A DNA stretch of 32,000 nt from Nostoc punctiforme PCC 73102 (GCF_000020025.1 NC_010631.1:240001-272000), one strand, 5' to 3'. Shown: positions 15,829 to 24,800, counted from the stretch's first letter. Numbers and translations are program-made. Notes: a model not told the origin generated them from the letters alone.

Positions 15829-16941
15829 ATGAGTTTCAAAAAACTTTTTCTTGTGGCTTGTGGACTGCTTGTAGCAATAGTAATTAGTATTTTAAGCGAT
15901 ACAAAAGTAATTGCTCAATCCACCACTGATTTAGCTTTAGCTTTATATCATGCTCCTATTCACTATCAAGACACAGACAGCACCAAGTATAGTGGAGACT
16001 ACATTACACGATTTGATTACGATAACGATTGGCGAGGTACAAATAACTGGGATAACCTCATCCTTTTTCCACTTTCTGCTCATGCTTACTATTCTGTAGC
16101 TGAAACTTGTACTCATTGGTTCATTACATATTCCTTTTACCATCCTCAAGATTGGACTGATATTCCTTTCGATCAAGAACACGAAAATGATTTAGAGGGT
16201 TTACTTACAATTGTCCGTAAGGACGGTTCAGCTTTTGGTAAATTAGAAGGTGTTGTCACTGTATTTCATAACGATTTCTACTCTTACACTCCAACTGGTA
16301 GTCCTTTACGCAATGGTGCAGAAAGTATTGATGGCACACTGACAATGAATAGTTACAGTGGTTCATTGCACCCATTAACAACTCAAGAAGCTAAAGGTCA
16401 TGGATTAAAAGCTTGGCCTTATGCTGGAAACTTTAAGGGTGCAAGTAGCGAGGATGGGATTATTTACTATCCGAATGGTACTACAGCAGAACTTCCTGCT
16501 TCGGGGAATGACCGCGATGTGCAATATCAATTGCTTGATGTGTTTGCTAATAATGAAATGTGGCAACATCAATTAAATGAAGCCTCTTTATCAAGTTCTT
16601 CTGCGTTGACTTTCGCTAGTTGGGGAACTTTCAAGGGAGATTCGAGTGGTGGGTGTGGCGCTGGTACACCTACTTGCAGTACAAATTCTGCTAATACCCC
16701 TTGGGGTTGGGATGATTCAAATGATGGTGCAGTATATAAAGGTGAAATGGCTTTAGACCCTGCTCACCTAACTGATGTTTATTTTGATGGGCTTGGGACT
16801 TTTGATACTGCATACATCCGCAACCAATTTATTCAAGGATTGAAAGATAGAGGATATAATTCTGCTGTAGTTCCTCAAGGTTGGCCCACTCAAATCAATC
16901 TTAATTCTCTGATTGGCAAACTCAAAAACCAATGCTCATAA
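15829..16941 (+). CDS. secreted hypothetical protein, weak Vps62/NPP1-like signature
   Basis: Signal peptide MSFKKLFLVACGLLVAIVISILS. The YHAPIHYQDTD ... WFITYSFYHPQDW ... EHENDLEGLLTIV arrangement recalls the H-x-x-D-W-E core of Vps62/NLP-type proteins, a low-confidence assignment. nuiA starts 15 nt downstream. Confidence 0.65.
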   Translation: MSFKKLFLVACGLLVAIVISILSDTKVIAQSTTDLALALYHAPIHYQDTDSTKYSGDYITRFDYDNDWRGTNNWDNLILFPLSAHAYYSVAETCTHWFITYSFYHPQDWTDIPFDQEHENDLEGLLTIVRKDGSAFGKLEGVVTVFHNDFYSYTPTGSPLRNGAESIDGTLTMNSYSGSLHPLTTQEAKGHGLKAWPYAGNFKGASSEDGIIYYPNGTTAELPASGNDRDVQYQLLDVFANNEMWQHQLNEASLSSSSALTFASWGTFKGDSSGGCGAGTPTCSTNSANTPWGWDDSNDGAVYKGEMALDPAHLTDVYFDGLGTFDTAYIRNQFIQGLKDRGYNSAVVPQGWPTQINLNSLIGKLKNQCS

Positions 16942-16956
16942 CCATAAATAAATTTT

Positions 16957-17358
16957 ATGACTAACGAGATTACGGAAAAACTTAAACAAGCCTCCGATGG
17001 TTTGTTAATGATGAGCGAATCAGAGTATCCTTTTGAAGTTTTTTTATGGACTAATCAAGCTCAAGAACCAATAACCGCTCAAAAACTTCTCCAACTAACA
17101 GGGCATCCTCAAGATTCGCCAATAGAAGAAGTTGAATTAGAGTATTTTTTTAGGAATTGTGCCTTTGAACAAGAGTGGCATAATGAATTGCAGAAATCAG
17201 ATGTTAAGAAATTTAAAACACTTGTTGAATCCTTGAAAGATAATCTAAAGTCAATCAAGGTTTATCGCATAGGCACAAGAAATATTGATGTCTATATTAT
17301 TGGGGAAACTTTAGATGAAGACTTAGCAGGAATCTCAACAAAAGTTATTGAAACTTAG
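16957..17358 (+). CDS. nuiA: nuclease A inhibitor (NuiA) family protein
   Basis: LKQASDGLLMMSESEYPFEVFLW... and the C-terminal ..VYRIG...DVYIIGET...LAGISTKVIET match my recollection of Anabaena PCC 7120 NuiA, which is about 135 aa. The gene is convergent with a NucA-type nuclease gene. Confidence 0.8.
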   Translation: MTNEITEKLKQASDGLLMMSESEYPFEVFLWTNQAQEPITAQKLLQLTGHPQDSPIEEVELEYFFRNCAFEQEWHNELQKSDVKKFKTLVESLKDNLKSIKVYRIGTRNIDVYIIGETLDEDLAGISTKVIET

Positions 17359-17371
17359 CGAGCAAATTGCA

Positions 17372-17401
17372 AGTCTACCCACTTAATTAAGTGGGTAGAC
17401 T
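17372..17401. terminator. bidirectional rho-independent terminator between nuiA and nucA
   Basis: Perfect 30-nt palindrome agtctacccacttaa|ttaagtgggtagact, followed by ttctcgttttt on the + strand. It lies between the convergent stops at 17358 and 17427. Confidence 0.7.
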
Positions 17402-17426
17402 TTCTCGTTTTTGAAATTAGCGAAAC

Positions 17427-18779
17427 TTACAAATTATCAACTTGTGCTTCTATTACAGATTGAATAGATGTTGAAACAAGTGATAAAAAATCGAATCCGG
17501 TTAAAGATTCCAGTGAATCAACACTGACTCGGTAATTTCTCCAGTCAGCAGTCCGAACCCCTTGGGCGTTGGGAATGTTAACTGCAATCACCCTTGTAGA
17601 TGTTGTGACACCAGAGACTCCAGACCCAGGAGTGTCTAAGACAACAAGAATTTTCCAAGTGCGATTGGGAACTGTCACCTTACCACCAGCAATCGTGCTA
17701 AAAGTTCCATTGCTCCCAGTCCCACCTACGCCATATCCACCAGATATAATGTAGAGTTCTTTCCCCTGGCTAACCAGAGTTCTAGCGTAATCTTCTAAAT
17801 TAGCCCAAATCCCCTGATTGTTGTCAGGCGCTTGTGCAATCATGTTACTCATCAAAAAGGTGCTGGAGTTAACCGTAACTGTGCTAGTCCGGTCGCCTGA
17901 AGGGGTCATGTGTCCTCTATCAAATCCACTACCACTAAAATCGGTAGATTGAACTTGATAGCATCCTGCTGGTAAGGTAGTATCCGCACGAAAGTCATCT
18001 TGTCTTGGTGTGCTTCCTAACCAACTACTATTCAACTGCCAAGATACCCAATTGGCTCGTCCTAATGAACAATTGTATCCAACTGCATACTGCGCTTTAT
18101 CCAGCAAATAATTGTTTATATCTGAAGCTCCAGCACCACTGGGATTACCCATTGTTAGGTGTACACTTGTACTACCGCCGCCACCTGAAGTACCATAATC
18201 GGTGATGGTAATATCATCAATGTTAGTTCTGTTGGTAGTACCATCACTCTTGCGGACTTCACAGCGAGATGTGCCAGAGATGTTAGGCGTAAAAGTTGCA
18301 GTCTGTAAAGTTGTTGAACTAGTTGTGACTGTTGAACCTACTTGTAACCATGAAATACCACTATTACTTGAACACCACAACTGCCAATTGGTACTACCAT
18401 CAGAACCAAACTTTGCGTGTTTAATGCTAACTGTACCAGCACCAGTGCTGCGGTCAAATTTCATTGAGACTTTACCACTGTTGCGGATACGTGCAGATTG
18501 TGTACCGCTTTTTGCATCACTGGTAAGATTACCAATCAAGGCATCATCTAAATTCCAAAGACCTGTGCTGAGGGTGACATCAGAGGAAGCATAACTGCCT
18601 TTTGAGCCAGTTTCAAAACCTTCAACAGTCGTTGCACCTTTTGCACTAAATAACGTGTTGAAGGTAATTAGTAAAACTATTACTACTCCTGTCAACCACC
18701 CATTACGATAAACTTTGCGCCAAAAATTAAATAACACTAGGTCTAATTTAACCTCGTAAGTCCAGTAGTCCGTTTGCAT
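17427..18779 (-). CDS. nucA: NucA-type DNA/RNA non-specific endonuclease with N-terminal anchor and about 170-aa beta-sandwich-like extension
   Basis: The catalytic DRGHMTPSGDR (DRGH motif) and downstream ..SNMIAQAPDNNQGIW (metal Asn region) match Serratia/Anabaena NucA. The N-terminal hydrophobic segment is GWLTGVVIVLLITFNTLF. An S/T/G-rich module (aa ~50-195) and a GGGG linker precede the nuclease domain. Confidence 0.85.
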   Translation of the reverse strand: MQTDYWTYEVKLDLVLFNFWRKVYRNGWLTGVVIVLLITFNTLFSAKGATTVEGFETGSKGSYASSDVTLSTGLWNLDDALIGNLTSDAKSGTQSARIRNSGKVSMKFDRSTGAGTVSIKHAKFGSDGSTNWQLWCSSNSGISWLQVGSTVTTSSTTLQTATFTPNISGTSRCEVRKSDGTTNRTNIDDITITDYGTSGGGGSTSVHLTMGNPSGAGASDINNYLLDKAQYAVGYNCSLGRANWVSWQLNSSWLGSTPRQDDFRADTTLPAGCYQVQSTDFSGSGFDRGHMTPSGDRTSTVTVNSSTFLMSNMIAQAPDNNQGIWANLEDYARTLVSQGKELYIISGGYGVGGTGSNGTFSTIAGGKVTVPNRTWKILVVLDTPGSGVSGVTTSTRVIAVNIPNAQGVRTADWRNYRVSVDSLESLTGFDFLSLVSTSIQSVIEAQVDNL

Positions 18780-19511
18780 TCCGAGCTAAAAACACAACAG
18801 GATAATAACTAACTGTGGTATTTACGTAGGTTAAATTCTCATTATTTTTAGATTATGTCTGTTAGTTGTAACACCTGAAGTTGGACTAAAGAACAGACTC
18901 TTAACTTGCACTACAATCTATCTCACGTACATTGGAGACGTTTTTGTAAACTACCCCACACACTTTAATTCCTCCCATGAGTGCGATCGCCACTCATCAA
19001 TCAGCATTTACAAGCGAACAGGAGTGTATCGATAAGAGAGGTAAACAGGTATGACTATGGAAATAGTGGGGGACATGGGTACAAGTGCTAACAAACTTTC
19101 AGCTCTCAAGCAAAATTTTAGCTAAAACAATGAGAAATTAATTTAGCAATAGCTTTTTCTAATAAATACGTAAAAATACTGTGATTACTTGGTAAGTTTG
19201 CTTGGTTAAATTTAATATAGCCTGAGACGAAGCCTATTATGTGTCTCATTTAGTGCAAAATGGTGATCGGTAAAATGTATTACAACTTTGCTCTTTGTAA
19301 TCCAAATTGTGGTATAGAATTAAAAGTGCGCTCCCAGTATATTTTTTAAAGTTTTAAATACATCCTTTACCTTTACCTCTTACCCTTTCCCCAATAGGGC
19401 CAATTTTCTTATAGATGGAGTTAAAAAGGCTCTTGAAGGCGGTGCATCTATGGGCTAGAAGATGCCCTCAGAAGAGCTAATTTTGTTAAAGTTGCTGAAA
19501 CCATTTATTAT

Positions 19512-19536
19512 GAGCAAGTCAAACAGTAACTTGCTC
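19512..19536 (-). terminator. hairpin 12 nt past the stop of ORF 19548..20096
   Basis: gagcaagt-(9 nt)-acttgctc forms an 8-bp stem. No clear U-tract follows on the minus strand. Confidence 0.35.
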
Positions 19537-19547
19537 TAATATTTAAT

Positions 19548-20096
19548 TTAAAGAGGAAGAATAACGCTTTCTGCGGCTCCCTTAAATGGTAGGGTCAAAT
19601 AAGTTAGTTCTGCTCCCGCTCGGTTTACTACAAAGCCTAAGCCTCTGGTCTTAATCGCCACGGTATCAAACTCTTGTTTTTGACCATTTTGGAGATTTAC
19701 AGTTGGTAGCACCAAAGTTAACTGCAACTCACCCTGATCTGCATTTGGTTTTAAGGTGACAGTAATCAGTAAACCTAGAGGGCTATTTTGTTTCCTGATT
19801 GCCTTGCCTCGAAAAGTAAATTCACCTTCTGGACCTTGATAAGTCAGTTGTGAAGCTCCTGGTGGGTCGTCTACTCGCACCGGGCCTGGCGCTTGAGGAA
19901 AGAAAACAATTTGTGTAGTTCTGATTGGATCAGTAAAAGTATATTGATTTGCTTGATTAAATCGAGTTACATCTGCTAGTTTTTGGGCAGGTTTGAAATC
20001 AACTGCTCCAACAGGCGCACAGATGCCTACTCCTAACATGACAACAAATAGAGTTGATACATTAATTGCAACGAGTTGAGAGATATTGGTTTTCAT
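19548..20096 (-). CDS. secreted hypothetical protein (182 aa)
   Basis: ATG start and signal-like LVAINVSTLFVVMLGVGICAPVGA. No recognised domain. Confidence 0.65.
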   Translation of the reverse strand: MKTNISQLVAINVSTLFVVMLGVGICAPVGAVDFKPAQKLADVTRFNQANQYTFTDPIRTTQIVFFPQAPGPVRVDDPPGASQLTYQGPEGEFTFRGKAIRKQNSPLGLLITVTLKPNADQGELQLTLVLPTVNLQNGQKQEFDTVAIKTRGLGFVVNRAGAELTYLTLPFKGAAESVILPL

Positions 20097-20196
20097 AGTG
20101 GTGCGATTGATTATGTAGTAAACAAAGACATCCTTTAATCAAGTTACTAGCTATCTTTAATTTAGCAATCAGCCTACTATACTTTCACCTCAAAAC

Positions 20197-20250
20197 TCAA
20201 ATTTTTTGCAACAAGTCAAAATTATTACAAAACTTTGTATTCTGATTTTT
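20197..20250 (-). promoter_or_regulatory. conserved about 54-nt upstream element, copy 1
   Basis: tcaaattttttgcaacaagtcaaaattattacaaaactttgtatt... is about 90 percent identical to 30411-30464. It lies about 100 nt upstream of the minus-strand start at 20096. The minus strand reads ..TGTAATAATTTTGACTT.. (extended -10-like TGnTAATAAT). Confidence 0.4.
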
Positions 20251-20664
20251 CAAACTGATGCAGTAGAGACGGCGTGGCGTTGGCAGTGGGGACGAGTACT
20301 GCAATATACTCGTAATTGAGATAATGTTAAGTCAAATAGTTGCCAATCTCCCCGCTACTCATTCCTGTATCAGATATCGCCGCATCGTCTTCTCCCTGCC
20401 TCATGTAAAGTGTTTTGCTTGCAAGCATTAGCACTTTCTAAACGGTTACTGAACGAAGGACCTGAAACGATTAAAACCTTTTTGCTCAAACTTTTAGCTA
20501 TTTTGCTTCAGGTATGGGAATATAAGAAGAAATACTAGATTTATTATGGGGGTTTCCATATACCCGCCTCCAACTTTCTTTTACTATTAGCTTTTAAGGC
20601 AATGGTAAATTAATTTTAAATCATAAAAGTAAAAACTTATACTCTTGGAATCTGGTACAATTGT

Positions 20665-21183
20665 ATGGGCATTATTAAAAAAATCTTAGCTATAACAGCT
20701 AGCATTACTTTGAGCTATGTTGTTACCGGAGTCAGACCTACTCAAGCAGCTATAGTGACTTATGATTTTGATGCATCATTAAATACAGGAGCGTTGCAAG
20801 GTACTAAATTCCCTGGCACGTTCAGCTATGATAATTCAGAGCAAACAGGGATAGGACAGGAATTTATCTCTTTAAAAACTTTAGATTTTAGTCTTTTAGG
20901 GACTACTTTTACTAAAGCAGATTTAAGTCAAGGTGGACAAGTGATAATTAATAATGGAAATGTAGAGGATTTTACTGCTGCTTTCTTTTCACCTTTCAAT
21001 ATTGCATTTGGATTTGGTGGGCCAGGAATTATTGGATACAGTGGTTTAGGTACAAGTGGTGAAGGAGTTTACACAATTCGAGCCGAAACTGTTCCAGAAC
21101 CAACAGATATTTATGGCGGTCCAATAGCATTAGGGTTTGGATGGTTAATGAAGCGTAAACTAAAAGCCTTGAAAGCAGATTAG
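20665..21183 (+). CDS. PEP-CTERM sorting-domain protein
   Basis: Signal peptide. The C-terminal VPEPTDIYGGPIALGFGWLMKRKLK gives a PEP motif, TM helix and basic tail. The N-terminal module is paralogous to ORF 12770..13216. Confidence 0.85.
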   Translation: MGIIKKILAITASITLSYVVTGVRPTQAAIVTYDFDASLNTGALQGTKFPGTFSYDNSEQTGIGQEFISLKTLDFSLLGTTFTKADLSQGGQVIINNGNVEDFTAAFFSPFNIAFGFGGPGIIGYSGLGTSGEGVYTIRAETVPEPTDIYGGPIALGFGWLMKRKLKALKAD

Positions 21184-21282
21184 CTCTTTTAAAACACCTT
21201 GGGAAAATACAAATGTGGAACTTCTACAAAAGATTCCCAAAAAAGAAAACATCCTGTAATAAATAATAATTATGATTGCAAA

Positions 21283-21316
21283 GGAGAAAGCAAAGCCATT
21301 GGTTGCAGCTTTCTCC
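21283..21316 (+). terminator. stem-loop about 100 nt downstream of the PEP-CTERM gene
   Basis: ggagaaagc-(16 nt)-gctttctcc forms a 9-bp stem and is followed by ctacttttat. Confidence 0.4.
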
Positions 21317-21785
21317 CTACTTTTATACGTTAAAGAAATATCGGTTTTAGATGGTACTAAGTTTTGGAACTGGTTAAAAGATAAAGGTTACTCTCTAGTT
21401 TAATTTCCTAACATCAGAAAATTCTATTGTTAGCAGCCAACCCCATAGTAGCCAATATCTGCGTCTGGGTGAAAAAGGATTCCGGCTTCCTCCCTTTAAG
21501 GCAAGCAGCAACTTTCCACAGCTTCCGGTGACTTAACGCTTTTCCAAGTCCGCAGTGCTTCCTTCAAGTAAGCGATGTCTACGACAAACCGCTAAAAGTG
21601 TCTATGTACCCAGCACATTTTCCCAGCATTGCCTAACTGTACGTTGAATCTCTGCATTGAGTCGAAACTGTGGGATACAAGAAATCTTTCAACTGCTGCA
21701 ACACCTCTTGAACTTCGTGATGAGTTGGCTGTATTGATTTTTCTACTGTAGGGGCAGAGGAATAATCATCCTCCTCATCATTTCT

Positions 21786-22547
21786 TTAGTTCGGTTCCAC
21801 TCTCAGATAAAATTGTGTAGCCACAAACTTAGTATCTCTCTTGGTTGGATCTACGTTTTCTACTACCTCAGTTTTACCTACAGCAATCAAACCTTGACCA
21901 AAAATTTCGCTTGTTGCTGCGTCAAGTTGTTTTTGTGTTGCACCGATTTGACTCAAATCAATTGATGAAACTTGAGTAGTTTTAGGTTTATTTAGAACCA
22001 GATTATCTGTGGAAAAGCAAGGAGTTGTGATGCAACGAATGCCATTGTCTTTTAGTGCCACAAAAGTACCTTTTGCTGGTGTATTTGTCGTAGCATAGAA
22101 GGCTTCTTTTACTCTCAAATTCCCAAACTCGCCGAATCCAGGAAATGTTACTGGAACAATGTTACCTCTGAGAATTACACGGCTACCATCATCATTTTGA
22201 ATTTTTATTAGTTCGTCAAGCGAGACTTTCAGGGAACTCCAATCAATTGCAGACACATAGCATTCGGAGCGAAAAACACCATCTAAGCAAGGAGTAGCTT
22301 TCAAGTTGACTTGTTTTATAAAATACCCACCGCATACTGGAGAAGCACACTTGCGAAAATCTCTTCGCACCATGTAATATCCCCATTGAGGAAACTCTTG
22401 GTTTTTGACACTGACTGCAACAGAATCAGTAGTCTCTGGAGCAGAAATATTTTGCGCCGATACTTTGGATAGAAATCCGTTGGTGACTATTATTGCACCT
22501 AATAGAGGAATAATTGGGTATTTGTAGTTAAACGATTGTTTGTTCAT
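21786..22547 (-). CDS. secreted cysteine-containing hypothetical protein
   Basis: The likely start is ATG 22547 (MNKQSF...); the track uses TTG 22604. It has a signal peptide ending SKVSAQ and paired Cys motifs RKCASPVCGGYF, TPCLDG..SECY and IRCITTPCF. Confidence 0.65.
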   Translation of the reverse strand: MNKQSFNYKYPIIPLLGAIIVTNGFLSKVSAQNISAPETTDSVAVSVKNQEFPQWGYYMVRRDFRKCASPVCGGYFIKQVNLKATPCLDGVFRSECYVSAIDWSSLKVSLDELIKIQNDDGSRVILRGNIVPVTFPGFGEFGNLRVKEAFYATTNTPAKGTFVALKDNGIRCITTPCFSTDNLVLNKPKTTQVSSIDLSQIGATQKQLDAATSEIFGQGLIAVGKTEVVENVDPTKRDTKFVATQFYLRVEPN

Positions 22548-22905
22548 GGTAACAAGAGATTTTATTTGAGGGTTCAATACCTTTGTTAAGAGCAGAGTTG
22601 ACAAGATTTATCGTAAAAACTGCCAAAATTACCTATACACAAGCTCGGAGTTGATAAGGTAACTTGGAATACTATAACTCTTACACTACTGACAATAGGT
22701 TAAAAAACCTCACAGGAAACCTTAAAAGAATTTTAAGGACTCATTGTTTTTGCCAACTTTGTCCCAGAACCGCCCGACTGTACGCCCAATCTCTGCATTT
22801 AGCCAAAACTGCGATGGCACTAGCGCCCGCCGGAGGCGAGCGCACAAGAACAACAAAAGCCGACTCAAGCAGATCGTTGAGTTTTATTCCAAATGAACTG
22901 AGATG

Positions 22906-23118
22906 TTATCCTTCCCAATTGACTAACACCCCATCCACGATCGCAATCCCCCACTGCGGAAACTTCGCCAATAATTTTTCGATCGCAATCTGCAAAGCAG
23001 GGTCATCATTCCAACACTCCTGCAAGAAATCAAACCCCGGATTATGCGCTGAATTCGCCGCAAAGCGTGAGTTTTTGCATACGTTCCGGTCGCAGACTTG
23101 ACCTTGCTACAAAGTCAT
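22906..23118 (-). pseudogene. 5'-truncated, frameshifted copy of the gene family represented by 30489..30998
   Basis: The minus strand reads ..VARSSLRPERMQKL, then a frameshift, then AANSAHNPGFDFLQECWNDDPALQIAIEKLLAKFPQWGIAIVDGVLVNWEG*. The plus-strand track ORF 22664..23101 is its antisense shadow. Confidence 0.6.
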
Positions 23119-23174
23119 AGTAAAACACTTTTCAAACCACTTCTAAACTCTTTTAGAGGATGTTTATAAATTTT

Positions 23175-24206
23175 TCAGGTAGGCTCATTTGAGACTTTAA
23201 TAACCAGTTTCCCCTTTTTGTTACCGTCGAAAAGTTTTAGGATCGCCTTGGGTGCATTTTCCAAGCCTTCGACAATCTCAAGAGCATATTTAATTTGCCC
23301 CTGGTTTAGCCACTTTCCAATCTCTGCTATCGCTTCATGAAATCGGGGAATATAATCCAAGATAATAAATCCCTGGACGAGAGCGCGTTTCATGAGAATT
23401 TGGCTGTAATTATATGGACCAGGAACAGGCTTTGAAGCATTATAAGTTGAGATTAAACCGCATAAAGGCAGGCGGGCGCGCAGATTAATTTTGGTTAGGA
23501 CGGCATCAAGGATTATTCCGCCAACATTGTCAAAATACACATCGATTCCATTGGGACAAGCTTGAGCTAATGCTTTTTCTAAATCTCCAGTTTTATAGTT
23601 AATTGCTGCATCAAAGCCAAGTTCTTCTGTAAGCCAACGGCACTTTTCATCACTGCCAGTTATACCAACTACCCGACAACCCTTAATCTTGGCAATTTGT
23701 CCAACAATGGAACCAACTGCCCCACCTGCTGCTGAAACGACCACAGTTTCTCCAACTTTTGGCTGTCCTATATCTAATAACCCAAAATAAGCTGTAAAAC
23801 CAGTAGCTCCCAGTGGCCCGGTAAATGCGTTGAGTGGACAAGGCAGAGGATTAGGTAATCGCGTCAGCGAAAAGCCGCTGCTTCCAAGGGCGATCGCGTA
23901 ATCTTGCCACCCTAGCAACCCAGAAACCAAATCTCCCTTTTTAAAATTGGGATTTTTGGACTCTTCAACCACACCTATAATACCGCCACGCATAACTTCC
24001 CCAATTTCAACAGGAGGCATATATTGCTCCATATCGCTCATCCAGATCCGATTGGTAGGATCTAGTGACAGATATATAGTACGTACCAGCACCTCATCAT
24101 CTTTTGGGCTGGGGATTGGCTCTTCTCGGTACTCAAAATCGCTTTCTTTAATGTCACCAACGGGACGAGCAGCTAATAGAAACTGTCGATTTATCGCTCT
24201 AGTCAT
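23175..24206 (-). CDS. NADP-dependent medium-chain oxidoreductase (alkenal/one reductase, YncB/CurA-like)
   Basis: Contains the Rossmann motif VSAAGGAVGSIVGQIAKIKGCRVVGITGS. N-terminal RQFLLAARPVG.. and overall length match the leukotriene B4 dehydrogenase / quinone oxidoreductase-like MDR subgroup. Confidence 0.9.
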   Translation of the reverse strand: MTRAINRQFLLAARPVGDIKESDFEYREEPIPSPKDDEVLVRTIYLSLDPTNRIWMSDMEQYMPPVEIGEVMRGGIIGVVEESKNPNFKKGDLVSGLLGWQDYAIALGSSGFSLTRLPNPLPCPLNAFTGPLGATGFTAYFGLLDIGQPKVGETVVVSAAGGAVGSIVGQIAKIKGCRVVGITGSDEKCRWLTEELGFDAAINYKTGDLEKALAQACPNGIDVYFDNVGGIILDAVLTKINLRARLPLCGLISTYNASKPVPGPYNYSQILMKRALVQGFIILDYIPRFHEAIAEIGKWLNQGQIKYALEIVEGLENAPKAILKLFDGNKKGKLVIKVSNEPT

Positions 24207-24300
24207 AAGTTTTTGTTGGGTGTGACTGAGAGTTGGTCAGAGTCAATACAGACTTCCTTGGCTTTTTTTAGGTCTTCTAGCATCATTTTACTTTAGCATC

Positions 24301-24800
24301 TCACTTCACCAGCACCCCATCCATACAAGCAATTCCCCATTGCGAAAACTTAACCAGCAACTTCTTGATCGCAATTTGCAAAGCCTGATCGTCATTCCAA
24401 CACTCCTGCAAAAAGTCAGAACCCGGATTCTACCCCGAATTCGCCGCGACGCAAGAGTTTCTGCACACGCTCCAGTCGCACATTTGACCGTGCAGCAATC
24501 GCCTCATGCGACCATTTTTCAGCACTGGGGACAGACGCGGCGGAACTTTCACCCTCATGATCCGCTTTCATTTCTACACCCGAAACTGAATTTTCAGTCA
24601 TCAACTCAGCAGAGGGGCGACTCGGTTCTATTTTCTGATCTGCGATCGCTTCAGAAGTTGGCAGAAGTTGGACTACTGCCCAAAATTATCGTCGCAGTTT
24701 CCAAGGCTTGGGTGTTGTTCATGGCAACGCTTAGGTTTTTCAGCGCCATGCACATGAGCCGCAGATATTCCTGAGCATTTTCTTTGGGTGGTTCGACAGC
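24301..24800 (-). pseudogene. near full-length but disrupted copy of the 30489..30998 family
   Basis: The minus strand reads ..ENSVSGVEMKADHEGESSAASVPSAEKWSHEAIAARSNVRLERVQKL, then a +1 shift, then NSG*(TAG, 24430-24432)NPGSDFLQECWNDDQALQIAIKKLLVKFSQWGIACMDGVLVK*. There is a further frame break near 24650. Track ORFs 24340..24774(+) and 24416..24604(-) are pieces or shadows of it. Confidence 0.6.

Noticed and set aside
18780-19547. The 770-bp AT-rich gap upstream of nucA was scanned for tRNA, ncRNA or small genes.
   Set aside because: Only a HIP1-centred palindrome (atgagtgcgatcgccactcat, about 18975-18995), short hairpins and a 24-codon ORF were seen. Nothing is supportable without expression data.
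20215-20235. NtcA-like site (GTA-N8-GAC, tGTAataattttGACt on the minus strand) inside the conserved upstream element.
   Set aside because: The second half-site is GAC rather than TAC, and no TAN3T -10 box sits about 22 nt downstream in either copy.
22664-23101. Plus-strand ORFs 22664..23101 (145 aa), 24340..24774 (144 aa) and 30553..30738 (61 aa).
   Set aside because: All three lie antisense to the conserved minus-strand family (30489..30998 and its two decayed copies). Their similarity to each other is a mirror of that family, and they have no start context or motifs.
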